Positions 1 through 13,309 of a DNA stretch of 29,392 bases are shown piece after piece. The notes beneath the pieces are model-generated. The model made no database searches, was not told where the DNA came from, and saw only the letters and a program-made list of their open reading frames with translations. Every line of letters starts with the position of its first letter. Position 1 is the stretch's first letter. This DNA comes from Planctomycetota bacterium. Its GTDB lineage: Bacteria > Planctomycetota > UBA11346. The stretch is from contig JBBQSO010000067.1 in the NCBI GenBank assembly GCA_038213805.1, positions 1-29,392 on the forward strand. The letters run 5' to 3'. Both the position numbers and the translations under genes were made by a program.

Positions 1-43
1 TAACCATGTTTGACTGAAGCTGTCTGGTGTCATTATCGACCCC

Positions 44-1117
44 ATGCCCCAAGCCCGCAAACGCATCATCGACCCATCGCAGCCGACCTGGGTCCACTGC
101 ACGTCTCGCTGCGTTCGCCGCGCCTTCCTGTGCGGCGGCGCGTTCGACCACCGTCGATCCTGGGTCGAGGAGCGGATGCGTCTGCTGTCCGGGATCTTCG
201 CGGTCGACATCGCGGCATATGCGATCATGGCGAACCACCTGCACGTGGTCTGCCGCATGCAACCGCAGCGTTCTCAAGGCATGGCCGACGAAACGGTGGT
301 CCGGAACTGGTATGCGATCTATCCAGCAGATTATTATGCGGATGGAACGCCAAAACCTCCAGCCGAGGCATTGATCCAGGCACGGATGCATGACCAGGAG
401 TGGATCGGGATCCGGCGTCAGCGCCTCGGTGATCTCGGCTGGTTCATGAAGGCGTTGAAGGAAGCGATCGGTCGGCGCGCAAATCGCGAAGATGGGTGCA
501 CTGGCGCCTTCTGGGAGGGCCGTTTCCACTCGGTGCCGCTTCTTGACCAGGCGGCTTTGATCGCCTGCATGGCCTATGTGGATCTCAATCCGGTACGGGC
601 GCGGGTGAGCGAGACTCCGGAGCGATCCCATTTCACCTCGGGATATCGCCGCATCCGCGCCAGGAACCGGCATCGCGCCGCGACCAGGATCCGTTCGCGC
701 CATCCGGATCGGGCCGAGCGCATGCTGGCCAGGGTCGGACTCACCCAAACTGCGGTTCATCCGGAAGATGGTCTCTGGTTGTGCCCCTTGTCCCAGTGCG
801 TGGTCGGTGAGGTGCTGGCGAACCGTCGTTTCGCGGTCGATGATTACCTGACCGTGCTCGATGCGACCGGACGATTGGTGAAGGCCGGCAAGCGCGGCCG
901 AATCCCACCGGAACTTGCGCCCATCATCGCGCGCCTGGACCTGTCGGTGGATGCCTGGCTGGCGACCATGCTGGGCTGGCGCATGTTCGCCTTCGCTTCG
1001 GCCATCGGTTCGGCAGCAGCGCGGGCCATCGAGGCGGGGCGACGCAACGTGCGTTGGATCAAAACTCATTGCCCCTTGTTCGCGGGGAATGCTGGAGGGG
1101 AATCAGGCGCGGCGTGA
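44..1117 (+). mobile_element. Y1 HUH transposase, REP-associated tyrosine transposase (RAYT/TnpA-REP)-like, IS200/IS605 superfamily; 357 aa
   Basis: N-terminal HCTSRCVRRAFLCG, HUH motif in AYAIMANHLHVV, GAFWEGRFHS, catalytic Tyr in AYVDLNPVRA; long C-terminal extension (DYLTVLDATGR..GKRGRIP). No tnpB next to it. Confidence 0.88.
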
Positions 1118-1349
1118 CGAGAGGTCTCGGGGCTGGTCGAATGGCAGTGCCGACATAGGCTCTCATATACGCCTATGCCTCATTGTTTTTGCGGTAGCAC
1201 TCCATGAAGTCCTCATTCTTGGCTTCAATGGCCATGTAGATTTCCAATTGCGGTGTTGATATGGGATATGCCGACCGTCGGCCCATTTCTACCGAGCAAC
1301 CTGAATTATTGCATGTCCATGAATGGCCAAATGCTCATGATCCCGATCA

Positions 1350-1398
1350 GCGGTTCTCGCTGAGAGGCGGTTTCAAGCCCGCCCCGTAGCGAGACCGC
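1350..1398. repeat. Imperfect inverted repeat/hairpin with REP-like core
   Basis: GCGGT(T)CTCGCT 1350-1361 pairs with AGCGAGACCGC 1388-1398; inner GGCGG 1366-1370 pairs with CCGCC 1379-1383 around TTTCAAGC. Confidence 0.6.
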
Positions 1399-1420
1399 CT
1401 TCCTTCGAGCGAGACCAGGA

Positions 1421-1482
1421 GGACGAGCCGGTTTGCGTGGCGGCATAACCGCAGCTCATGGTGCGCGTCAAATGGCTCGTCT
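1421..1482 (+). ncRNA. Structured RNA candidate resembling the Rhodopirellula-1 motif
   Basis: About 18-bp stem GGACGAGCCG(G)TTTGCGTG / CGCG(T)CAAATGGCTCGTCT with three G-U pairs favouring the + strand, enclosing a GCGG-CATAA-CCGC hairpin. The family match is from memory of the GGAYGAGCCG..TTGCGTGGC..TAACCRC pattern. Confidence 0.5.
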
Positions 1483-1553
1483 GACGCAGTCGCGGCTGAC
1501 GAGAGCCGGGCACAAGAGGAGGGGGGTGGTTAAACCGCCACTTGAGGTCTCCA

Positions 1554-1760
1554 TCAGCGCATCGCCAGGGACCCCGCCATGCCGAGCGCCAGGCACCCCG
1601 CGAGCACCCAGAGCATTCCGATGCCGAAGCGCAGCATGGCCATGCAAGCTGCGGTCGAAAACGCCAGCGACGCCCAGTCGATTGTCGACCAGCGCGGCAG
1701 CGACAGGTCCAGCGGTCCGACGTGAATGTTGGTGACCGCGCCGAAAAGCGTACGCAACCA
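1554..1760 (-). pseudogene. chrA: C-terminal remnant of a long-chain chromate transporter (CHR/ChrA family)
   Basis: WLRTLFGAVTNIHVGPLDLSLPRWSTIDWASLAFSTAACMAMLRFGIGMLWVLAGCLALG matches the typical ChrA C-terminal tail. In-frame sequence upstream of about 1760 is not membrane-protein-like. Confidence 0.7.
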
Positions 1761-2029
1761 AGCCACCGCCGGCCATTGCTCCCGCAGGCGTCTCGACGCT
1801 TGCTCTTTCCGTCGTTCAGATTGTAAGCTAGCTAACGAATCCTCACCTGTCGGGAGCTTTTCGTGGCGCGAGCATATGCCATCCAATTTCCTGGCACGAC
1901 CCGCGACCGGCGTGGCCCGGATGCGGGCGGCCTGGTTCGCGCAACCGCTCGAGTCGGCGACTCCGCGACCCCCAACGGTGATCGCTGCCAAGGCCGGTTC
2001 CTGCGCATACCACGTGGACTGCCGCCGCT

Positions 2030-6091
<4,062 letters not shown>

Positions 6092-6173
6092 ACGGACGCA
6101 TCTGGCCGGTCCTGCGACGCGCATGCCCGCGAGCATCGGACCCGCGACCAGCCGCTGGAAGCAGGACCTGAAG

Positions 6174-7847
6174 ATGTCGAAAGTCCTGGTCGTCGACGAT
6201 AATCCGTCCATTTGCACGTCTCTCGCCGCGATCTTGGATAGTGTAGGGCACGATATCGAGACGGCGCTCAGTGGAGAGGCGGCCAGGTCGCTGCTCGGAA
6301 ACGCTCATTTCGATGTGGTCATAACGGACATCTCCATGGGCGGCATCACCGGGATCGAATTGCTGGATCATGTCCAGCGGTCGAATCCCGATACCTGCGT
6401 CCTGATCATGACCGGCGATCCGACCATCGAGACGGCGACCAAAGCCCTGCATGGCGGCGCCTTCGACTACCTGGTGAAACCGATCCATCCCGAAGTGGTG
6501 CGACGAGCGGTCACGCGGGCTGCTGGCATCAAGGAACTGAAGGCGCAGAAGCGACTACTCGAACGTGACAATCTCGCCTACCAGAATCGTCTCGAGCAGA
6601 TGGTCGGTGAGCGAACTGCCGCGCTGCGCGACAGCGAGGCGCGACTTGCGGGAATCATCGGCGTCGCCCCGGTCGGGATATACGTCAGTCACGGCGGGAT
6701 CATCCGTGATGCGAATCCGGCCTTCTGCACCATGCTCGGTTATACCAAGGGTGAGCTCATCGACAGCGACGAGCGGCTGCTCTACCCGTCCAGGGAACAC
6801 CATGAGCGCATCAATGGAGAACGCGATCACGCCATCACCAGGGAAGGCGTAGCCCGTCTGACGGTCGATATGCAGAGCAAAGATGGGGAGATCCGGAAAA
6901 TCCACATGCAAGTGGCTCCTATGACCGGCCACGGCGAGGACGCAGCTCTCACCCTCGTCGCCCAGGACGTGACCGACCAATTGCGCCTGCAGGCCGAACT
7001 CGATCACGGCGCTGCTGCGCTGCGCCAAGCGCAAAAAATGGATAGCATCGGACGATTGGCCGCCGGCATCGCCCATGAGATCAATACGCCATCGCAGTTC
7101 GTGCTCGACAATCTGCACTTCATGCGCGATGCATTCCAGGATATCCTACGTCTGCTGTCAGCGGATGCGGACCTGCGTGCAGCCGCGATGACTCGCGGAG
7201 AACCGCTGGCTGAGGCGGCCGCCGAGATCGCGGCGACGATCGACATCGGATACCTGGCCGAGGAAGTCCCCAAAAGTCTGGGCCAGACGATGGAAGGGAT
7301 GGAGCGCATCGCGAAGATCGTGCTCGCGATGAAGGAATTCTCCCATCCCGCGGAATCCAAGTCGTCGGCTGACATCAATCACCTCATCGAGAATTCCCTC
7401 ACCATCAGTCGCAATGAGTGGAAGTACGTGGCGACCGCCACCCTCACGCTCGATCCCGGATTGCCACGGGTCGATTGCGTCTCAAGTGAGATAAGCCAGG
7501 TCCTGCTCAACCTGATCGTCAATGCCAGCCATGCGATCGCTGAAGCCATACCGCGAGATGCGAAGGAGCTCGGAACGATCGACATCATGACGAGCCACGC
7601 TGACGCATGGGTTGAGATACGCATTGGCGATAGCGGCTGCGGTGTCGCCCCAGACATCCGCGAGCGGATCTTCGAGCCGTTTTTCACCACCAAGGCGATC
7701 GGCAGGGGGACCGGGCAGGGGCTGGCCATGGCATGGTCGGTCATCGTCGACAAGCACTTCGGAACGATCGACCTGGAGAGCCAGGTCGGCGTTGGCACCG
7801 TGTTCATCATCCGGCTGCCGATCGACGGCCAGAAATCCGCGTCATGA
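6174..7847 (+). CDS. REC-PAS-HisKA-HATPase hybrid kinase (NtrB-like kinase core)
   Basis: VLVVDD..ITDISM..YLVKP receiver; PAS ending QDVTD; H-box LAAGIAHEINTP; NLIVNASHAI; FFTTK; GTGQGL. ATG 6174 preferred over 6123 because AGGA lies just upstream and the receiver starts there. Confidence 0.93.
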   Translation: MSKVLVVDDNPSICTSLAAILDSVGHDIETALSGEAARSLLGNAHFDVVITDISMGGITGIELLDHVQRSNPDTCVLIMTGDPTIETATKALHGGAFDYLVKPIHPEVVRRAVTRAAGIKELKAQKRLLERDNLAYQNRLEQMVGERTAALRDSEARLAGIIGVAPVGIYVSHGGIIRDANPAFCTMLGYTKGELIDSDERLLYPSREHHERINGERDHAITREGVARLTVDMQSKDGEIRKIHMQVAPMTGHGEDAALTLVAQDVTDQLRLQAELDHGAAALRQAQKMDSIGRLAAGIAHEINTPSQFVLDNLHFMRDAFQDILRLLSADADLRAAAMTRGEPLAEAAAEIAATIDIGYLAEEVPKSLGQTMEGMERIAKIVLAMKEFSHPAESKSSADINHLIENSLTISRNEWKYVATATLTLDPGLPRVDCVSSEISQVLLNLIVNASHAIAEAIPRDAKELGTIDIMTSHADAWVEIRIGDSGCGVAPDIRERIFEPFFTTKAIGRGTGQGLAMAWSVIVDKHFGTIDLESQVGVGTVFIIRLPIDGQKSAS

Positions 7848-7986
7848 CCGACGCGGTGCAGTCGACGGGCACCGCGCCGCGCAGCGCCCGACGGCCCGTG
7901 AGGCCGTCCAGTCGCCGGGACCGACCGGCACATCCATCAGTGGATTGCGGCTTCCTCCGGATGCGCGCAACGATTAGGGTGGGGTT

Positions 7987-10900
7987 GTGAGTACCGAACC
8001 CACTGCGATTGGGATGCCAGGCAGTGAGTTGGCCGCTTTGTTGCAATTGCTCGGGCAAGCGGAAGCCGCCCTGAGCACGCACCTGGTAGAGGCCGACAGT
8101 CCCGGCCAACATGGCGCGACTGCAGCACTGCGGGCAGTGGGAGAGCGCCTGCGCGCCACGGTTGAGAGGCTCCAGAAGCAGGTCGATCTCCAGACCGCGA
8201 TCATCGAAGCACTGCCTTCCCACATCGCCTTGGTGGGCGCCGATGGGGTCATCACCGCCGTCAACGCCGCGTGGCGCCGTTTCGCCGCGGCCAATCACCT
8301 TCCGGACCCGGCCTGCGGCGTGGGACAGCATTACCTGCTGGTATGTGAGCGGGAGCGCCACGACCAGCCAACCGGCGCACAGGTCGTAGGCATCGGCCTC
8401 CGCCGTGTGCTGGAAGGTCAATTGCAGGATTTCACCCACGAATATCCCTGCCACGCGCAGAATGAACGGCGTTGGTTCCTTTTGACGATCACGCCTCTGA
8501 GCGCCGAACGACGAGTCGGTGCCGTAATCGCCCATACCAACATCACCGAGCGGAAGATCGCTGAAATCGCGTTGCAGGAAAGTGAGATGCATTTTCGCAC
8601 CACCTTTGAGCAGGCCGCCGTCGGGGTCGCCCACGTCGCCGCCGACGGTCGTTTCCATCAGGTGAACGAGCGGCTTTGCGCCATGCTCGGATTCACCAAC
8701 GAAGAACTCTGCCGACAGACATTCGCAGAACTCAGTTTCCCGGATTGCCGTGCCCTAGCCGAAGCCGCACGCCAGGAGATGCTGGCAGGAAACCAATCGT
8801 CATACTCTGCGGAAATGCGCTATCGACGCAAGAATGGCGAGGCGCTCTGGGTCAACCTGGTCACCACCGTGGTCCGCCGCCAATCCCAGCCTCCGTATTT
8901 CATCTCCGTACTGGAGGATATCACCGCGCGCAGGACTGGGGATCTCCGCCTGCAGCGCATCAATCGGCTGTATCTGGTGCTGAGCAAGATCGGTGCGGCC
9001 ATCGTCAAGGCGAAAAAACCCGCTCAGCTCTACGGCCAGGTGTGCCGGATCATGGTCGACGATGGGCGGTTCCGCATCGCACTCATCGCCGAGGCGGAGC
9101 CGGACGACGAGAAGGTCCGCACGATCGCCGTGGCAGGCGAAACCGGTGACTACCTGAACAGCTTCATCAACTCCCAGGAACAGCACGGCGTCCACTCCAA
9201 TGGGCCCCTTGGCACGGCGCTTCGCAGTGGTCGCTATGATGTCTGCAACGACTTCACGCAGGATCCGCGCATGGCATCCTGGCAGGCTGCCGCGGCCACC
9301 AACCACCTGCGCGCGGCGGCGGCGTTTCCTCTCGCCGCTGATGGCGTGGTCACCACGGCCCTTGTGCTGTTTTCTGAGGAGGTGGATTATTTCCGCGAAG
9401 ATGAGATCGCCTTGATGGTCGCCGTCGGCGACAATATCTCGTTCGCCCTCGATGCCATGCTCAAGGAGCGGCTGCGCATCGCGGTCGAGCGATCCCTGCG
9501 AGACAGCGAGCGCCGGTTCCGCGCCCTGAGCGACCAGAGCGCCGATGGAATCTCGCTCATCGATGCCAACAACCACATCCTCTACCTGAGTCCTTCCGTT
9601 GCGACCATCGAAGGGTATTCCCCGGCAGAACTCGTCGGCCGGCAGGGGTTGGAGAACACCCATCCGGACGACGTCCCATTCGTCCAGCGGACCATCGCCG
9701 AGCTGCTGGCCAGCCCCGGAAAGCCGGTACCGGTCCTCTGGCGAAGGCGCCACAAGGACGGGCATTGGCTGTGGCTGGAGGGAATCTCCACCAATCTGCT
9801 CAATGACCCCGCGGTATCCGCCATTGTGACGAACTATCGGGATGTGACTGAGCGGAAAAGCGCCGAGGCCGAGCTGCAGCACAGCCAGGGTCTGCTGCGC
9901 ATGGCGAGTCGACTCGGTCGCATAGGCGCCTGGACACTCGAGGTTCCGACATTGACCGTGACCTGGTCCGACGAGATCAAAGAGATCCACGAGGTGCCAG
10001 GCGATTTCGTCCCGGTGATCGATTGCGCGCTCGACTTCTATCCGCCTGAACATCGGCCACAGATCACCAGCGCCGTCGATGCATGCCTGCGCGAAGGGCA
10101 GCCTTTCGACGTCGAACTGCAGATTATCACGGCCAAGGGACGCCGCGTATGGGTGCGCAGCATCGGCGAAGCGGTGCGTGACCAGCGGGGGACGATCACG
10201 CGTATCCAAGGGGCATTCCAGGACATCTCCGAACGCCGGCAGGCGGCGGAGGACCACCGGCTTATCGCGGAACGGCTCACCACCACCCTGGAAAGCATCA
10301 CCGAGGCATTCTACACCATCGATCGGGATTGGCGCTTCACCTACGTGAACCAGCAGGCCGAGCTGATCCTGCGCCGGCATCGGCGCGCGCTCATCGGGAG
10401 GGTGATCTGGGATGAATTTCCGGAATTCCGGGAAACCACCCTGCGTCGCCGGGTCGAACAGGCGATGCACGACAACGCTTCCGTGCAATTCCAGGATCAT
10501 CATGCGCCATTCGATGCCTGGTACGATATCCGGATCTATCCGTCAGCTCAGGGATTGGCCATCTACATCAGCGATATCACCGAGCAGCAGCGCGCGCGCG
10601 AGGCAGTCAGGATCAGCGAAGAGCGCTTCCGCCTTCTGGCCAAGGCGACCAACGACGCGATCTGGGATTGGAACGTGGTCCGCAATGACCTGTGGTGGAA
10701 TGAGGGGTTGGAGACACTCTTCGGCTACGGGTCCGAGGAGGTCGATTCGACGCTCGAGTTCTGGTCCACGCGCATCCATCCAGAGGATCAGCGGCGCGTG
10801 ACGGACAGCGTCGACCACGCCATCCGGACAGGCGCCCAGGTCTGGTCCCAGGACTATCGTTTCCGCCACAAGGACGGCAGTTACGCCTACGTCACGGATC

Positions 10901-12489
10901 GCGGGCACCTCATCCGCGATGCCGCCGGGCAGGCCATCCGCATGATCGGCGGGATGAACGACCTCACAGCGCGCAAGCGGGCGGATGAGCGGATCGCTGA
11001 ACAGGCGGCTCTCCTGGATGAGGCCAGGGATGCCATCTCGGTACGCGACCTGCGCCATCATACCACCTACATGAACAAAGGCGCCGAGCGGGTCTATGGC
11101 TGGACCGCGGCCGAAGTCATGGGCAGGTCATTCCGCGACCTCGTCTACAAGGATCCGACCGCATTCAACACGGCCATCGCAGCGGTCCTGGAGCACGGCG
11201 AGTGGATAGGTGAGCTGTCGCCGATCAACAAGGCTGGCCAACAGCTGCTGATCGAAGCTCGCTGGTCATTGGTCCGCGATCATGCCGGACAGCCAAGCGC
11301 GATCCTGAGCATCTGCACTGATATCTCCGAGAAGCGCAAGATCGAGAAGCAGTTCCTGCGGGCCCAACGCCTGGAGAGCATCGGCACCCTGGCCGGCGGA
11401 ATCGCGCATGATCTCAACAATGTGCTGACCCCCATCCTGCTTTCCATCAACCTGCTGATGACCGGTGAGACCGATAAGCGCCGACTGCGCACCCTTTCCA
11501 TCATCGATGCCAGCGCTCAGCGTGGCGCAGACATGGTCAAGCAGGTGCTATCCTTCGCCCGCGGCGTCGAAGGCCAGCGGCTGCCGGTGGACATCAGGCA
11601 GCTGATCCGCGACATCGAAAAAGTCATCAATGACACGTTCCTGAAGAACATCCAGGTGCGCACCGCCATCGACCCCGAGATCGATGCCGTGATCGGCGAT
11701 GTGACGCAGATCCATCAGGTGCTGCTCAACCTGTGCGTCAACGCGCGTGATGCCATGCCGGATGGCGGGGCGCTGACGCTGTCGGCGGAGAACGTCGTCC
11801 TGGATGAGCATTATGCGCGGCTGAATGTGGATGCGAAGGCCGGGTCCTATGTGCTCATCCGGATCGAAGACACCGGGACCGGCATCCCCACCGATATCAT
11901 GGAGAAGATTTTCGAGCCTTTTTTCACCACCAAGGATATCGATAAGGGCACTGGCCTGGGATTGTCGACGTCGTTGGCCGTGGCGAGGAGCCATGGTGGA
12001 TTCATGCGTGTGTACAGCGAACCAGGTCGGGGCTCCACTTTCACCCTCTACCTTCCATCGGTGACCGCTGCGAGCGCGGGGGTCTCCTCGAGGGAGGGCC
12101 TGGCGCTGCCCAGGGGCAACGGTGAGCTGATCCTGGTTGTCGATGATGAGGAGGCCGTCCGTCAACTGACCCGGCAGATCCTCGAGGCCTTCGGGTACCG
12201 GGTCCTCCTCGCCATCGATGGCAGCGATGCGATCGCGCTTTTCGCCGTGCAGCAACACGACATTTCCCTGGTCCTGACGGACATGATGATGCCCATCATG
12301 GATGGAAACGCGGTCATCCGCGTGCTGATGAAATTGCGACCCGACGTGCGCCTCATCGCCGCCAGCGGCTTGCATGAAAATCATGTGGTGGCCAAGGCGA
12401 TGAGCGGCGGGGTGAAGCACTTCCTCACGAAGCCCTATACTGCCGAATCATTGCTGGTGCTCATCCGCAAGGCGCTTACCGCGACGTGA
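7987..12489 (+). CDS. Cytoplasmic multi-sensor hybrid kinase: 2 PAS-GAF-5 PAS-HisKA-HATPase-REC (CckA-like core; 1500 aa)
   Basis: Seven PAS/PAC units ending NITERK, DITAR, DVTERK, DISERR, DITEQQ, DLTARK, DISEKR; GAF after the second; H-box LAGGIAHDLNN; NLCVNARDAM; receiver LTDMMMP..FLTKPY. GTG start is uncertain. Confidence 0.94.
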   Translation: MSTEPTAIGMPGSELAALLQLLGQAEAALSTHLVEADSPGQHGATAALRAVGERLRATVERLQKQVDLQTAIIEALPSHIALVGADGVITAVNAAWRRFAAANHLPDPACGVGQHYLLVCERERHDQPTGAQVVGIGLRRVLEGQLQDFTHEYPCHAQNERRWFLLTITPLSAERRVGAVIAHTNITERKIAEIALQESEMHFRTTFEQAAVGVAHVAADGRFHQVNERLCAMLGFTNEELCRQTFAELSFPDCRALAEAARQEMLAGNQSSYSAEMRYRRKNGEALWVNLVTTVVRRQSQPPYFISVLEDITARRTGDLRLQRINRLYLVLSKIGAAIVKAKKPAQLYGQVCRIMVDDGRFRIALIAEAEPDDEKVRTIAVAGETGDYLNSFINSQEQHGVHSNGPLGTALRSGRYDVCNDFTQDPRMASWQAAAATNHLRAAAAFPLAADGVVTTALVLFSEEVDYFREDEIALMVAVGDNISFALDAMLKERLRIAVERSLRDSERRFRALSDQSADGISLIDANNHILYLSPSVATIEGYSPAELVGRQGLENTHPDDVPFVQRTIAELLASPGKPVPVLWRRRHKDGHWLWLEGISTNLLNDPAVSAIVTNYRDVTERKSAEAELQHSQGLLRMASRLGRIGAWTLEVPTLTVTWSDEIKEIHEVPGDFVPVIDCALDFYPPEHRPQITSAVDACLREGQPFDVELQIITAKGRRVWVRSIGEAVRDQRGTITRIQGAFQDISERRQAAEDHRLIAERLTTTLESITEAFYTIDRDWRFTYVNQQAELILRRHRRALIGRVIWDEFPEFRETTLRRRVEQAMHDNASVQFQDHHAPFDAWYDIRIYPSAQGLAIYISDITEQQRAREAVRISEERFRLLAKATNDAIWDWNVVRNDLWWNEGLETLFGYGSEEVDSTLEFWSTRIHPEDQRRVTDSVDHAIRTGAQVWSQDYRFRHKDGSYAYVTDRGHLIRDAAGQAIRMIGGMNDLTARKRADERIAEQAALLDEARDAISVRDLRHHTTYMNKGAERVYGWTAAEVMGRSFRDLVYKDPTAFNTAIAAVLEHGEWIGELSPINKAGQQLLIEARWSLVRDHAGQPSAILSICTDISEKRKIEKQFLRAQRLESIGTLAGGIAHDLNNVLTPILLSINLLMTGETDKRRLRTLSIIDASAQRGADMVKQVLSFARGVEGQRLPVDIRQLIRDIEKVINDTFLKNIQVRTAIDPEIDAVIGDVTQIHQVLLNLCVNARDAMPDGGALTLSAENVVLDEHYARLNVDAKAGSYVLIRIEDTGTGIPTDIMEKIFEPFFTTKDIDKGTGLGLSTSLAVARSHGGFMRVYSEPGRGSTFTLYLPSVTAASAGVSSREGLALPRGNGELILVVDDEEAVRQLTRQILEAFGYRVLLAIDGSDAIALFAVQQHDISLVLTDMMMPIMDGNAVIRVLMKLRPDVRLIAASGLHENHVVAKAMSGGVKHFLTKPYTAESLLVLIRKALTAT

Positions 12490-12603
12490 TGCGCGCAATC
12501 GCACAGGGTATCCGGCAGGCATTGCACCGCTGACCGCGCTTCGCGAGCAGCCGCTGAAATGCGACAGCGATGAGACGACGTCATCCAGGGTCAGGATCGT
12601 CGG
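12490..12603 (-). pseudogene. Frameshifted N-terminal remnant of a receiver domain
   Basis: Minus strand reads PTILTLDDV, then after a 1-nt shift LIAVAFQRLLAKRGQRCNAC..AIARI, the beta1-alpha1-beta2 pattern of REC domains, directly after the HATPase fragment. Confidence 0.5.
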
Positions 12604-12605
12604 GC

Positions 12606-13094
12606 CTACCTCACGGGTCCCGCGAGGGGCAGGCGGATGATGAAGACGGTGCCCCTGCCGATTCCGGTTTCGTAGGCCAGCGTGCCGCCGTGCTTCGTCA
12701 CCACCACGGTGTTGGCGATGTAGAGCCCCTGGCCGGTGCCCTTGCCTACGTCCTTGGTGGTGAAGAAGGGATCGAAGATCTTGTCGCGCACGGCCTCGGG
12801 GATGCCGGTTCCGGAATCGCGGATGCGGACTTCGGCGCAGGCCCCGTCTCGCCGTGTCGAGATGGTGATGGTGCCCTTACCGCCTGATGTGGCGATGACG
12901 TCGCCGATGGCATGCGCGGCATTGACCAGCAGGTTGAGGATGACCTGCTTGAATTCGCCAACGAGCAAGGGTACCGCAGGCAGATCGTCGGAGAACTCGG
13001 TGATCAGCTCAGCAACGGATTTGTATTCGTTGCGGGCGACGATCAGCGTGTTTCTTATGGACTCGTTCAGGTCGGTCGGTTTCATTTCGCCCTG
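12606..13094 (-). pseudogene. 5'-truncated histidine kinase (HATPase domain only)
   Basis: QGEMKPTDLNESIRNTL..ARNEYK..NLLVNAAHAI..DSGTGI..FFTTK..GTGQGL..GTVFIIRLP, same subfamily as the C-terminus of 6174-7847. No H-box upstream in frame; kinase-like sequence stops at about 13094. Confidence 0.85.
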
Positions 13095-13309
13095 GCGTCG
13101 TCGCCAGAGGCGGTCATCACCACCGGCTTGGGCCGGTCGGCAGCGCCGAAGCCCGCCACGCGATCGCTCAGGTGGATGATGGTTTTCGCCCGACTCTGGC
13201 CCTGACGGGGTGCTGGCTTGGAGGGGTGTGGCGATGATCCGATATGGGCGGTACAGTTTCCCATGGGTCGGACATATCCCCATGAACCCCTATGAAAGGA
13301 ACCCCTCCC

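Noticed and set aside
20..32. TGTCTGGTGTC upstream of the transposase as its recognition repeat
   Set aside because: Only one copy visible and the window edge hides upstream context.
1892..1907. TGGCACG as a sigma-54 promoter for the first kinase
   Set aside because: The -12 position reads GA rather than GC.
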